Source: a virus
Taxonomy: Duplodnaviria; Caudoviricetes
Strand: one strand, 5' to 3'
DNA: 28,432 nucleotides
IMG/VR virus record: IMGVR_UViG_3300032190_000018
Span: 1-28,432 of that record
Shown here in pieces: positions 17,173 to 24,986 of this stretch. A program made the translations under genes and the position numbers. How positions within the stretch are numbered: position 1 is the stretch's first letter; each line of letters starts with the position of its first letter. The notes under the pieces were generated by a model. It made no database searches, was not told where the DNA came from, and saw only the letters and a list, made by a program, of their open reading frames with translations.

Positions 17173-17960
17173 ACTTCTGGATTCAAAGCATTGAAGTGAT
17201 TGTGGACCAAGTGAGATTTAAGTCGTCCGACCTGGCTATTGAATTTGAGACCCGCTTTAACGATAAAAGCGAGCCCAACGACGGCGAAGTTAAGATATAT
17301 AACCTTACCGACAACACTACCAACCGCGTAAAAAAGGGTGACAATATCATCATCAACGCCGGGTACCGGGAAGACACCGGTACCATTTTTATGGGTGTCA
17401 TTGATGAAGTGCAGGGCAGCTGGGAGGACCTGGACCGGGTACTTACATTGAAAATAGGTGACGCCACGGACAAGTGGGCCAACACTGTCGTAAACCTGTC
17501 GTTCAAGCCCGGGATAAAGGCTTCGCAAATAATTAACGCTACCCTGGGGAGATTCGGGCTAGCCATTGGTGAATTCCGGCTGCCCAGGGATGTGATATAC
17601 TCCCGAGGCAGAACGCTAAGCGCCCCGCTGCAGGCCGCGCTGCGGGAAATTTGCGCCGACTGCGGGGCAAAGTTTCACATCTCAAATGGCACTATCTATA
17701 TTCGCGATCCCAATGCCGGCACCGAGACCGGCTGGTACCTGCGGCCCGACAGCGGCCTCATTGCCACCCCGCAGCCGATTGAGGGGGACGAAGAAAAGGA
17801 TTACCGGGTAAGAAGCCTACTCAATTACAGGTTGCACGCGGACAGTATTATACGCATCGAAAGTCGCACGGCAAACGGGCTGTTCAGGGTAGTAAGCGGC
17901 AAGCACATCGCGCAATGGCCGGACCGGTTTGAAACGGAGTTGGAGGTGGCAGCTGTATGA
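17166..17960 (+). CDS. baseplate hub protein (gp27/gpD-like)
   Basis: VKIYNLT, INAGY, IFMG, SGLIATP, SLLNYRL motifs; precedes the spike gene. Confidence 0.8.
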   Translation: MVNFWIQSIEVIVDQVRFKSSDLAIEFETRFNDKSEPNDGEVKIYNLTDNTTNRVKKGDNIIINAGYREDTGTIFMGVIDEVQGSWEDLDRVLTLKIGDATDKWANTVVNLSFKPGIKASQIINATLGRFGLAIGEFRLPRDVIYSRGRTLSAPLQAALREICADCGAKFHISNGTIYIRDPNAGTETGWYLRPDSGLIATPQPIEGDEEKDYRVRSLLNYRLHADSIIRIESRTANGLFRVVSGKHIAQWPDRFETELEVAAV

Positions 17961-18700
17961 GCGACGGGATTAGTTTTTTGGAGGGACTTATAGAAGAGCG
18001 CCTGGCACATCTCCACACGGCCATGCCGGCTCGGGTGGAGAGTTTTGACCCCGTAAAGATGCGGGCCACGGTGCAGCCGCTTTTTAGGCGGAAATTTAAA
18101 GGGCAGGGGGCAATACGCATGCCCTTACTGCTGGACGTGCCCGTTGCCTTTATCCGGGCTGGTGGTTTTGTTATTAGGCCACCTTTCCGAAAAGGCGACA
18201 TTGTCCTGGTCGTGTTCAGTGAGCGGGCCATAGATAATGTGATCTATGCTGGCGAGGAAGCCGACCCGGGGATAAACAGGAAGCACGCCCTGGACGACGC
18301 CATAGTGGTCGGCGGGCTGTTGCCCAGTGTAGCAAAGCAGGAGGACGGTACAGCAGTAGAGCTGGGCCTGCCTGATACAAACGCTGCAGACCTGGTGCTG
18401 GGGAAAGAGGACTTTACCAGCGTGCTGGTCATGAATAGCAGCGGGGATATTGAGGCGGCAAACGCCGGTGGCAGTGTTAAACTAGAAGCCGAGACGGGTG
18501 ACGTGATTATAAATAATACCGGCAACGTCTACCTTGGCGGTCCTGCAGCTAACGAAGGAGTACCTTTGGGCGATACCCTCAAAGAATGGCTTGATAACCA
18601 CACCCACCATTACACCTGGGGCGATACCGCTGGCTCCGGTACTACTAACCCGCCGGACACTCTCAGCCCCAGTCCCAGCCAGAGGGTGAAAACCGTATGA
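17957..18700 (+). CDS. baseplate central spike (gp138/gpV-like)
   Basis: LHTAMPARVESFDP, ATVQP, GDIVLVVFSERAID, HALDDA; C-terminal HxH (NHTHH) metal-binding tip motif. Confidence 0.88.
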   Translation: MSDGISFLEGLIEERLAHLHTAMPARVESFDPVKMRATVQPLFRRKFKGQGAIRMPLLLDVPVAFIRAGGFVIRPPFRKGDIVLVVFSERAIDNVIYAGEEADPGINRKHALDDAIVVGGLLPSVAKQEDGTAVELGLPDTNAADLVLGKEDFTSVLVMNSSGDIEAANAGGSVKLEAETGDVIINNTGNVYLGGPAANEGVPLGDTLKEWLDNHTHHYTWGDTAGSGTTNPPDTLSPSPSQRVKTV

Positions 18701-19056
18701 AAACTTTCTACATTAATCCCGATACCGGTGACCTGGAATTTGACGGCCAGAACAATATTAAAATGGTTGAGGGCATCGAGGAAAAAGTACAATCCATGCG
18801 GCTTTTGTTCAGTACAAACCGTGGTGAATTTTTCTTAAACACCGGCCACGGTTTTGATTTTACCTACCTGCAGCAGAAGGCTCCGAGCATGGCCCGGATA
18901 ATGCTGGAGGTATACCAGACAGCCAAGCAGGACCCGCGGGTGAAAGAGGTCTATGACATATTTCCGGAGTTCGACAGGGCAACGCGCAAGTTAAAGGTGC
19001 CGTTCAAGGTACTGATGGATGATGGGAGTGTTGTTGAGAATGAGGTGAACGTCTAA
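18697..19056 (+). CDS. sheath initiator/baseplate gp25-like protein (DUF2634-like)
   Basis: TGDLEFD, TNRGEFFLNTGHG, DPRVKEV. Confidence 0.8.
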   Translation: MKTFYINPDTGDLEFDGQNNIKMVEGIEEKVQSMRLLFSTNRGEFFLNTGHGFDFTYLQQKAPSMARIMLEVYQTAKQDPRVKEVYDIFPEFDRATRKLKVPFKVLMDDGSVVENEVNV

Positions 19057-20258
19057 TGCCTTTTGGTTTAGGACCTGACGGCTTCACTCGTAAAAAGTAT
19101 GCGGATATAGTGGCCGACATGGAGGCCCGGGCCAGAAATCTTTTTGGTGAAAACGTAAACCTGTCCGAGCGCAGCCCGCTCGGTATTTTTATTAAGATTA
19201 TTGCCTGGAGCATTGCTCTGCTCTGGGAGCTTGCGGAAGCGGTGTATTATTCAGCTTTTATTGATACTTCTGAGGGCACTTCTCTTGACTATGCCTGTAA
19301 ATACGCTGGTATAGCACGAAAGCCAGCTAAAAAGGCCAGCGTAACACCAAGTGGCGATCCGGCGTATGTAAAATTTACAGGAGATGCGGGGACTACAGTT
19401 GCCCAAGGAAAGCGGGTCGCAACCGAAGACGGCGTTGAATTCGAGACACTAGAGGAAGTCACCCTGGACGCCGCTGGCGAGGCATACCCGAAAGTACAGG
19501 CGGTCGAGGCCGGGGAGCAGGGCAACGTGCCGGCCAATACAATTACCGTCATTATAAACCCGCAGGCTGGATTAAGCAGCGTAACTAACCCGGAAGAAAT
19601 AACCGGTGGCCAGGACGAAGAGACGGACGCAGAATTGCGGCAGCGCTATTATGATTCCCTGGCCAAGGGCGGCAGCTCGACTGTGGAAAGTATAAAGGCA
19701 GCGCTTTTGGAAGTGGATGGAGTAAAGGACGTCGTCATAAACGAAAACGACACTATCAACACCGTGGACGGGATACCGCCCAAGTCATTCGAGGTGCTTG
19801 TATACGGCGGAACAGATAATGATGTGGCGCAGGCAATATTCAATTCCAAGTCTGCCGGCATACAAAGCTATGGCAGCACAACTGTGGACATTACCGATAG
19901 CATGGGCAAGGTGCACACCATAGGCTTTACCCGGCCCATATTCAAGGATATATATGTGGATGTCACACTAACTACCAACGAGAATTTCCCGGTTGACGGC
20001 AAAACCCAGGTACAGACCGAAATTATTAAATACATCGGCGGTACTGACGCCAACGCGGAAGCTCATGACGGCCTGGGACTGGGCGAGGATGTCATACATT
20101 ACAAGGTCATCGCGGCCTGCAGTAACGTGCCGGGCATTACTGATTTGACCGTGCAGATAGGCTTTGCTGCAGATGCCCTTGGTACGGCCAATTTGGCTAT
20201 AGCAAGCAACGAGGTGGCGCAGACCAATACCACTAAAGTTACGGTGACGGTGGCTTAA
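19056..20258 (+). CDS. baseplate J/gp47-family wedge protein
   Basis: GLGPDGFTRK, EGTSLD, GEQGNVPANTI, GGQDEETDAELRQR, AQAIFNSKSAGI, IGFTRP. Confidence 0.93.
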   Translation: MPFGLGPDGFTRKKYADIVADMEARARNLFGENVNLSERSPLGIFIKIIAWSIALLWELAEAVYYSAFIDTSEGTSLDYACKYAGIARKPAKKASVTPSGDPAYVKFTGDAGTTVAQGKRVATEDGVEFETLEEVTLDAAGEAYPKVQAVEAGEQGNVPANTITVIINPQAGLSSVTNPEEITGGQDEETDAELRQRYYDSLAKGGSSTVESIKAALLEVDGVKDVVINENDTINTVDGIPPKSFEVLVYGGTDNDVAQAIFNSKSAGIQSYGSTTVDITDSMGKVHTIGFTRPIFKDIYVDVTLTTNENFPVDGKTQVQTEIIKYIGGTDANAEAHDGLGLGEDVIHYKVIAACSNVPGITDLTVQIGFAADALGTANLAIASNEVAQTNTTKVTVTVA

Positions 20259-20273
20259 AGGAGGCGGGTTTTT

Positions 20274-20897
20274 TTGACTCAGTACAATGCTTATTTGAAT
20301 AAGGACAAGGCCGGCAAGCTGACTTCCGCGATTTATGTTGACGGGGTTGGCTGGGTTAATTTGGTGCAGAATTACGCTGTAACAGCTGGCGGGCTGCTGG
20401 TCCCGCTAAAAAGCGCTGGCGATGGGCGGCTCCTGGGGGACGCAAATTTGCAGATAGGGGATGCGGATGTTGGAAACACCAACCCCGTGCCGGCTAAAAT
20501 CGTGGACGCGAACGGGAACCCGGTGCAGTTGGTTGATAACGGGGATGGGACATATAGTATTCCTGCACGTATATTAAACGCGGTAGATACTAAGCCGTCG
20601 GATAGAGGGGCGCAAAACGTAGATATCTGCAGTGCCGCGGACACGTCTGGCGGAGTGACTGCAGCGCTCGGTAACTATAATCAGGCTACACTATATCTCG
20701 AATCTGCTGGGAGTATAAAGCTCACTGTGGAAGTATCACCTAACGGGGGAACGGACATATACGAAATACTTGAAAGTCCAATCATTTTAGATGCAGGAGA
20801 AAAGGTTGCGTATCCTTTTACCTATAAGGCGAACTGGATAAAAATAACTGGTTCGAATACATCGGCTGTTACAGCTAAAATACGGGGTATTTATTAA
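20274..20897 (+). CDS. putative tail/baseplate appendage protein with AT-richer C-terminal beta domain
   Basis: AAAGGAGG RBS with TTG start; Gly/Ala/Thr/Val-rich; NTNPVP and DNGDGTY motifs. Confidence 0.65.
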   Translation: MTQYNAYLNKDKAGKLTSAIYVDGVGWVNLVQNYAVTAGGLLVPLKSAGDGRLLGDANLQIGDADVGNTNPVPAKIVDANGNPVQLVDNGDGTYSIPARILNAVDTKPSDRGAQNVDICSAADTSGGVTAALGNYNQATLYLESAGSIKLTVEVSPNGGTDIYEILESPIILDAGEKVAYPFTYKANWIKITGSNTSAVTAKIRGIY

Positions 20898-20922
20898 CGC
20901 TAATATTTAGCGTTATTTATTT
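20895..20922 (+). terminator. hairpin plus U-tract
   Basis: TAACGCTAA-tat-TTAGCGTTA followed by TTTATTT. Confidence 0.6.
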
Positions 20923-20939
20923 TTACGGAGGTGTGTAAA

Positions 20940-21791
20940 ATGCCCGGAAGAAAATATAGTGTTCATTTCAATCAGAGCAAGTTAGGAGCTGGAGGCACGG
21001 CTGAATTCTTCCCTAATGCAGATACTTGGGTTAGCCCGTCAGCTAATTTGGGTGATGCAGGAGTTATTTTAACAACCACACCGCTGGGAGCAGATGCAAG
21101 TTACACCCAGGATTCACAGGATAGACTTGCACCGACTATGGAAGGGGATGTTTTCGCGTTCCCTGTGGGCAGTGTCCGTGGCCTGGTATGGGCCGACCAG
21201 GCCGGGACTTTGTACCTGGAGCAAAGTGACGATGATGCGGTATGGGAAACTGTTGCCAGTGTAGCCGTGAGCGCAAATACTACGACAGAACTTGACTGGT
21301 CTTCACTTTCTAAACGCTGGTATCGCTTTAGGTATGTTAACGGAGGGGTTGCTCAGGGTAGTTTTGTTTTAATTCAACAGGTTTCCGGGTTGGCGGTAAT
21401 TAAAACCAATACTAAGCTAACGGGCAGTTCACTTCAAGATTCACAAGCTATTCCTACAAGCAAAAAGCAAGCCGATGTATTAGCAAATGATGAAACCGGC
21501 ACAGTTACAGTTTTAGCTGGTGCGGTAAAAGGTTTAAATGATTATGTTGATTCTAGAAAATATTCAAAAATAACAGCACAAATACAATGGGATGCGGCAA
21601 TATCTCATAAGTTATATATAACTAGGCGCTCTAGTGGACAAACCATGACTTATGATGATGATACGGTTGATGTGACGCAACAAAAGACAATGAAAGAGTT
21701 TATAATAAAAAATGCAGAGTCAAGGATATTTGTTAAAAATAACGATGCTTCAGACCACACAATTAAATACGATGTATTGGGGTGGTACTAA
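20940..21791 (+). CDS. putative tail appendage protein; C-terminal ~120 aa encoded by a repeat-bounded cassette
   Basis: GGAGGTG RBS, ATG 20940; beta-sandwich-like N-half (ADQAGTLYLEQS, RWYRFRYVNG); composition shifts after NTKLTGS. Confidence 0.7.
   Translation: MPGRKYSVHFNQSKLGAGGTAEFFPNADTWVSPSANLGDAGVILTTTPLGADASYTQDSQDRLAPTMEGDVFAFPVGSVRGLVWADQAGTLYLEQSDDDAVWETVASVAVSANTTTELDWSSLSKRWYRFRYVNGGVAQGSFVLIQQVSGLAVIKTNTKLTGSSLQDSQAIPTSKKQADVLANDETGTVTVLAGAVKGLNDYVDSRKYSKITAQIQWDAAISHKLYITRRSSGQTMTYDDDTVDVTQQKTMKEFIIKNAESRIFVKNNDASDHTIKYDVLGWY
21409..21423 (+). repeat. candidate recombination site, left copy
   Basis: ATACTAAGCTAACGG, 13/15 identical to 22006-22020 in direct orientation. Confidence 0.6.
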
Positions 21792-22006
21792 TGACATTAG
21801 ATGAAATAAAAAATACCTTGCCAATAAATGAGTATGGCAATGTTTATATGGAACTTTTTGATTGTGAAATCCCACCAGAAGATTTTTTGGCGCGCTTTAA
21901 AGGTGCTGAATTAGCCTGTGCCTCGTTATCTGCTCATGTAAATGCTACACCTGGCTGGATACAGCAATTTGAAAAGTGGAGAGATGATGGGATTATCCCT
22001 GCTTGA
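21791..22006 (+). CDS. 71-aa acidic hypothetical protein (possible fibre chaperone/partner)
   Basis: TAATG overlap with the upstream gene, GGGGTGG RBS; stop overlaps the right repeat by 1 nt. Confidence 0.65.
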   Translation: MTLDEIKNTLPINEYGNVYMELFDCEIPPEDFLARFKGAELACASLSAHVNATPGWIQQFEKWRDDGIIPA

Positions 22007-22020
22007 TATTAAACTAACGG
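22006..22020 (+). repeat. candidate recombination site, right copy
   Basis: ATATTAAACTAACGG at the cassette stop codon, about 220 nt before the recombinase. Confidence 0.6.
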
Positions 22021-22075
22021 TGCCGCGCTAGCACAGGAAGAAAATTTAAAAATTTTCACTGGACACCTGCCCAGC

Positions 22076-22126
22076 AGAACAAATGTTTTAATTTGACGGC
22101 GCAAATGACGCATGGTATGGTATAAT
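22076..22126 (+). promoter_or_regulatory. LexA(SOS)-like box plus sigmaA promoter of the recombinase
   Basis: AGAAC-AAAT-GTTTT (22076-22089) resembles Firmicute CGAAC-RNRY-GTTCG. TTGACG (22093-22098) is 17 nt before TATGGT, and TG-n-TATAAT occupies 22118-22126. Confidence 0.55.
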
Positions 22127-22128
22127 GT

Positions 22129-22232
22129 AAGCAGGCTAGGCCGGCGTCGCGAACCGGCCGAAAGGCGCACCTGGAGGCGCTGCCTGCTTCTATCATCTCC
22201 AGGACCAAAAATACCTTGCTCCAGGGAGGTAT
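22129..22232 (+). ncRNA. structured 5' leader (three-way junction plus SD-sequestering hairpin)
   Basis: Stems AAGCAGGC/GCCTGCTT, GGCCGG/CCGGCC and GCGC/GCGC with loop ACCTGGAG. Two CTCCAGG complements lie at 22197-22203 and 22219-22225; ATACCT/AGGTAT stem covers the SD. Confidence 0.6.
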
Positions 22233-22238
22233 CATATC

Positions 22239-23078
22239 ATGCGTCTCTCCGAAGCATGGGAGGCCTATGCCGCGGACAAGCGGTTACTTGGCTATTCCCC
22301 TCACACTTTACGCGCCTATCGTTTACAATCTACCCTTTTAATTCGGCACCTCGGAGACATTGACATCCAAGAAGTCACGTTTGAACAGCTAAAAAAGTAT
22401 CTTGCAAGTCAGGAGCACCTTAAGCCTGCGTCAATCGGTCATCGAGTTCGCTTTCTTAAGTCACTTTTTAAGTGGGCTCACGATGAAGGCTTCATAACTG
22501 CAAACCCGGCATCAAAACTCAGGGAACCTAAAATGGGTACCAGGCTTCCGAAAGCACTTTCAGAAGAGGATGTTGAATTGCTTCGGGAGGCCTGTGAAAC
22601 ACCACTGGAACATGCCCTTATTGAATTCCTTTATACTACCGGCTGCCGGATTGGTGAGGTGGCCAGACTAAACCGGAATGCCATAGACTGGGAAACCAGG
22701 TCTGTGGTGGTTCGGGGGAAAGGCGATAAGGAGCGGGAGGTTTATTTCACTATCAAATGCGGCATATGGCTAAAGAGATATCTAAAACAGCGTAAAGACA
22801 ATGATGTGGCCCTATTTGTTACGGAACGAAAACCTCACCGTATGAGCATTGCCCAGATCCGATATATAATAAAGCGGGTGGCAAGGCGGGCGGGGATACA
22901 AACCAGCGTTTACCCGCATAAACTCCGCCACAGTTACGCCACACACCTGCTTAACAACGGGGCGCCGCTGGAAGGAATTCAAACCTTGCTTGGGCACTCG
23001 AAGCTGGAGACAACACGTCTATACGCCCAGTTGTCCGGCCCCCGGCGCAGAGAATTTTATCAAAGATACTTTAGATAA
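22239..23078 (+). CDS. XerC/D-like tyrosine recombinase
   Basis: N-terminal SAM-like domain (YSPHTLRAY, NPASKL); complete catalytic set TGCRIGE (R), GKGDK (K), HKLRH (HxxR), LGH, TRLY (Y); GGAGGT RBS. Confidence 0.95.
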   Translation: MRLSEAWEAYAADKRLLGYSPHTLRAYRLQSTLLIRHLGDIDIQEVTFEQLKKYLASQEHLKPASIGHRVRFLKSLFKWAHDEGFITANPASKLREPKMGTRLPKALSEEDVELLREACETPLEHALIEFLYTTGCRIGEVARLNRNAIDWETRSVVVRGKGDKEREVYFTIKCGIWLKRYLKQRKDNDVALFVTERKPHRMSIAQIRYIIKRVARRAGIQTSVYPHKLRHSYATHLLNNGAPLEGIQTLLGHSKLETTRLYAQLSGPRRREFYQRYFR

Positions 23079-23108
23079 CCACCATAACCACGGTGGTTAT
23101 TGTTTTTT
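23075..23108 (+). terminator. intrinsic terminator after the recombinase
   Basis: ATAACCACC-ataaccac-GGTGGTTAT followed by TGTTTTTT. Confidence 0.75.
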
Positions 23109-23122
23109 GAGGTGGTGCATAT

Positions 23123-23776
23123 ATGGCCGACGACCAAATACAATCGCTGGACATGGGCAATGAAGAGGGCGGCAATTACTCCTATACAATCTTAGACGGG
23201 ATGCTTGCCCGGCTGCCCAACCTTTTCGCAAAGACCGGCATTAGTAACATCGGCAAACTGTTCGACCTGGCCGCATCGGAACTTGAGGATCTCAAAATCG
23301 CATTCCGGACCATCCGGCAGTACCGGGACATCGACCAGGCCATCGGAGCAACGCTTGATCGAATAGGGGAAAACGTACAGGAAAGCAGGGGCCAAAAAAG
23401 CGAAGACCTGTACCGGCAGTTCATCAAGGCGAAGATCCGGGCCAACTTATCCTCGGGCGACATTGAAACCATCAATAACGTCGCCCGAGTTTTTGTTGGC
23501 GACAATTACGCCGGCCTGGAAGAGCTCTGGAACTTCGGTGGCAAGTATTACAACACGGAACCGGCCGGGATACTCTTGAAATTCTACGATACAGAAGAAA
23601 CCTACATTATCCCCTATGAAGCAATGGACCGGGTTGTGGCAGCCGGGGTAAAAGCTCTATGGGAAATGACGCACAGGACAAACGAGGTGCAACTGGAAGG
23701 CAGCTACGCGGCCTACGATCTTATATACCCTTACTGCGGTACTTTTTACGCCGGGCAGGAGCTTGGAGGGTTGTAA
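23123..23776 (+). CDS. baseplate wedge 2 protein (DUF2612/P2 gpI-like)
   Basis: RDIDQAIGATLDRIGENV..R, YRQFIKAKIRANLSSG, VVAAGV motifs; this family normally follows baseplate J. Confidence 0.8.
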   Translation: MADDQIQSLDMGNEEGGNYSYTILDGMLARLPNLFAKTGISNIGKLFDLAASELEDLKIAFRTIRQYRDIDQAIGATLDRIGENVQESRGQKSEDLYRQFIKAKIRANLSSGDIETINNVARVFVGDNYAGLEELWNFGGKYYNTEPAGILLKFYDTEETYIIPYEAMDRVVAAGVKALWEMTHRTNEVQLEGSYAAYDLIYPYCGTFYAGQELGGL

Positions 23777-24085
23777 ATGCTATATCTCACGGACACGGCG
23801 CTTAATAAAATCGCACTTTATTTACAGAGCATCCTCGACCATGGTTTGTACTACCAGAACGGCGTCCCGACGCAGATACCAATTTATGATTCAGAGGTAA
23901 GCGGAGATACAATAACAATTTACCTGGAGCTTGATGAGAACGTCAGCGGGGACATAGAAAAGCTGGAGGTAATAGACACCGGTGGCGCGGTGCTAATTGA
24001 AAAGGCAAAGACATTTAATAAGGTGTTGGGCAAAGGGCTCCTTGTGAGCTTCACCTTTAGCGTAAGAGAGGTGGAAAGTAGTTGA
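23777..24085 (+). CDS. small baseplate/tail-collar protein
   Basis: GGAGGG RBS; beta-rich 102 aa between wedge and fibre genes. Confidence 0.6.
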   Translation: MLYLTDTALNKIALYLQSILDHGLYYQNGVPTQIPIYDSEVSGDTITIYLELDENVSGDIEKLEVIDTGGAVLIEKAKTFNKVLGKGLLVSFTFSVREVESS

Positions 24086-24654
24086 GTTATACAAAAACCA
24101 ACTGGAAAGACAGGGTAGTGGAGCACCCGCAGCGCTACACGCTGGTTGATAACGGTGACGGCACGTACACTATCACCCCGGCGCCGGGTACGGTGATCGA
24201 GGAAGGTACCCCAGTAAATGCCAGCAGAATGAATAAAATTGAAGATCAGATTGAATTGCTCAGCGTGCAGCCATTGTACCTGAAATCAGCAACATATGAT
24301 TCTGCAAATGATCAGATTGACTGCGTGTTTGCTGCCGGCCAGATAGAGCTTTTTAACGGCGACTCCCGAGTGCTGGTGCAGGTAAACGACGATGCAACAT
24401 ACAGTATAAACGCGCCGGCCATAAACACCACATACTATATCTTTTTACAACCTGACGGCACATTTACCCACAACACCACAGGCAACGTCCCGGCAGGGAG
24501 TGTGTTTGTTTGGGAAGTGGCCACCGGGGCCGCGGTGGACGAGATAACCAAAACCGACAGGCGGTATCAAATAAGCGGCGTGGGGGCCAAGCTTGCTGCA
24601 CATTTGGCCGATTATGCGAACTACCAGCGGAAGGTTAGGATGGGGGCGATGTAA
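24082..24654 (+). CDS. short tail-fibre base protein
   Basis: YTKTNWKDRVVE...GTVIEEGTPVNASRMNKIED N-terminus typical of Firmicute fibre proteins; ends AHLADYA plus a short tail. Confidence 0.75.
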   Translation: MSYTKTNWKDRVVEHPQRYTLVDNGDGTYTITPAPGTVIEEGTPVNASRMNKIEDQIELLSVQPLYLKSATYDSANDQIDCVFAAGQIELFNGDSRVLVQVNDDATYSINAPAINTTYYIFLQPDGTFTHNTTGNVPAGSVFVWEVATGAAVDEITKTDRRYQISGVGAKLAAHLADYANYQRKVRMGAM

Positions 24655-24983
24655 TGGGAGTTACGGTTAAAAAACTTGGTCAGACGGCACTTGATACCAC
24701 ACCAGTAACAATATGTACTGGTGTAGCAGGGGGGCATACTGAAGTAAAAAACTTGTTCATTACTAATACCAATCCTACTACGGAAAGAAAAGTGAAATTA
24801 TTTGCTCATGGAACAGCTACAGGCAATACGCTTATTGAAGAACTAATTATCCCAGCAAAAGGCACAAAAATATTCACGAAAGAAGAAATTGCAATTGTTC
24901 TTCCAGAGGGAGAGAGTTTATCAGCGTTGCAAGATGTAGGAACAGACGTAATTGTTACAGCTTATGGGATAGAGGAGGTATAA
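24654..24983 (+). CDS. small beta-sandwich tail-tip protein
   Basis: TAATG overlap; VKNLFITNT, IVLPEGESL, VTAYGIE. Confidence 0.6.
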   Translation: MGVTVKKLGQTALDTTPVTICTGVAGGHTEVKNLFITNTNPTTERKVKLFAHGTATGNTLIEELIIPAKGTKIFTKEEIAIVLPEGESLSALQDVGTDVIVTAYGIEEV

Positions 24984-24986
24984 GGT

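Noticed and set aside
20740-20746. Extra CTAACGG heptamers (also near 25552)
   Set aside because: Seven-base matches are expected by chance; these lack the ATAYTAAR prefix and are not at composition boundaries.
22112-22363. 83-aa ORF upstream of the recombinase
   Set aside because: It overlaps the promoter, the structured leader and the recombinase start in another frame, and has no RBS.
22239-23078. Recombinase as the prophage integrase marking an att end
   Set aside because: Baseplate, fibre and lysis genes continue downstream without host genes, and the 279-aa protein lacks an arm-binding extension.
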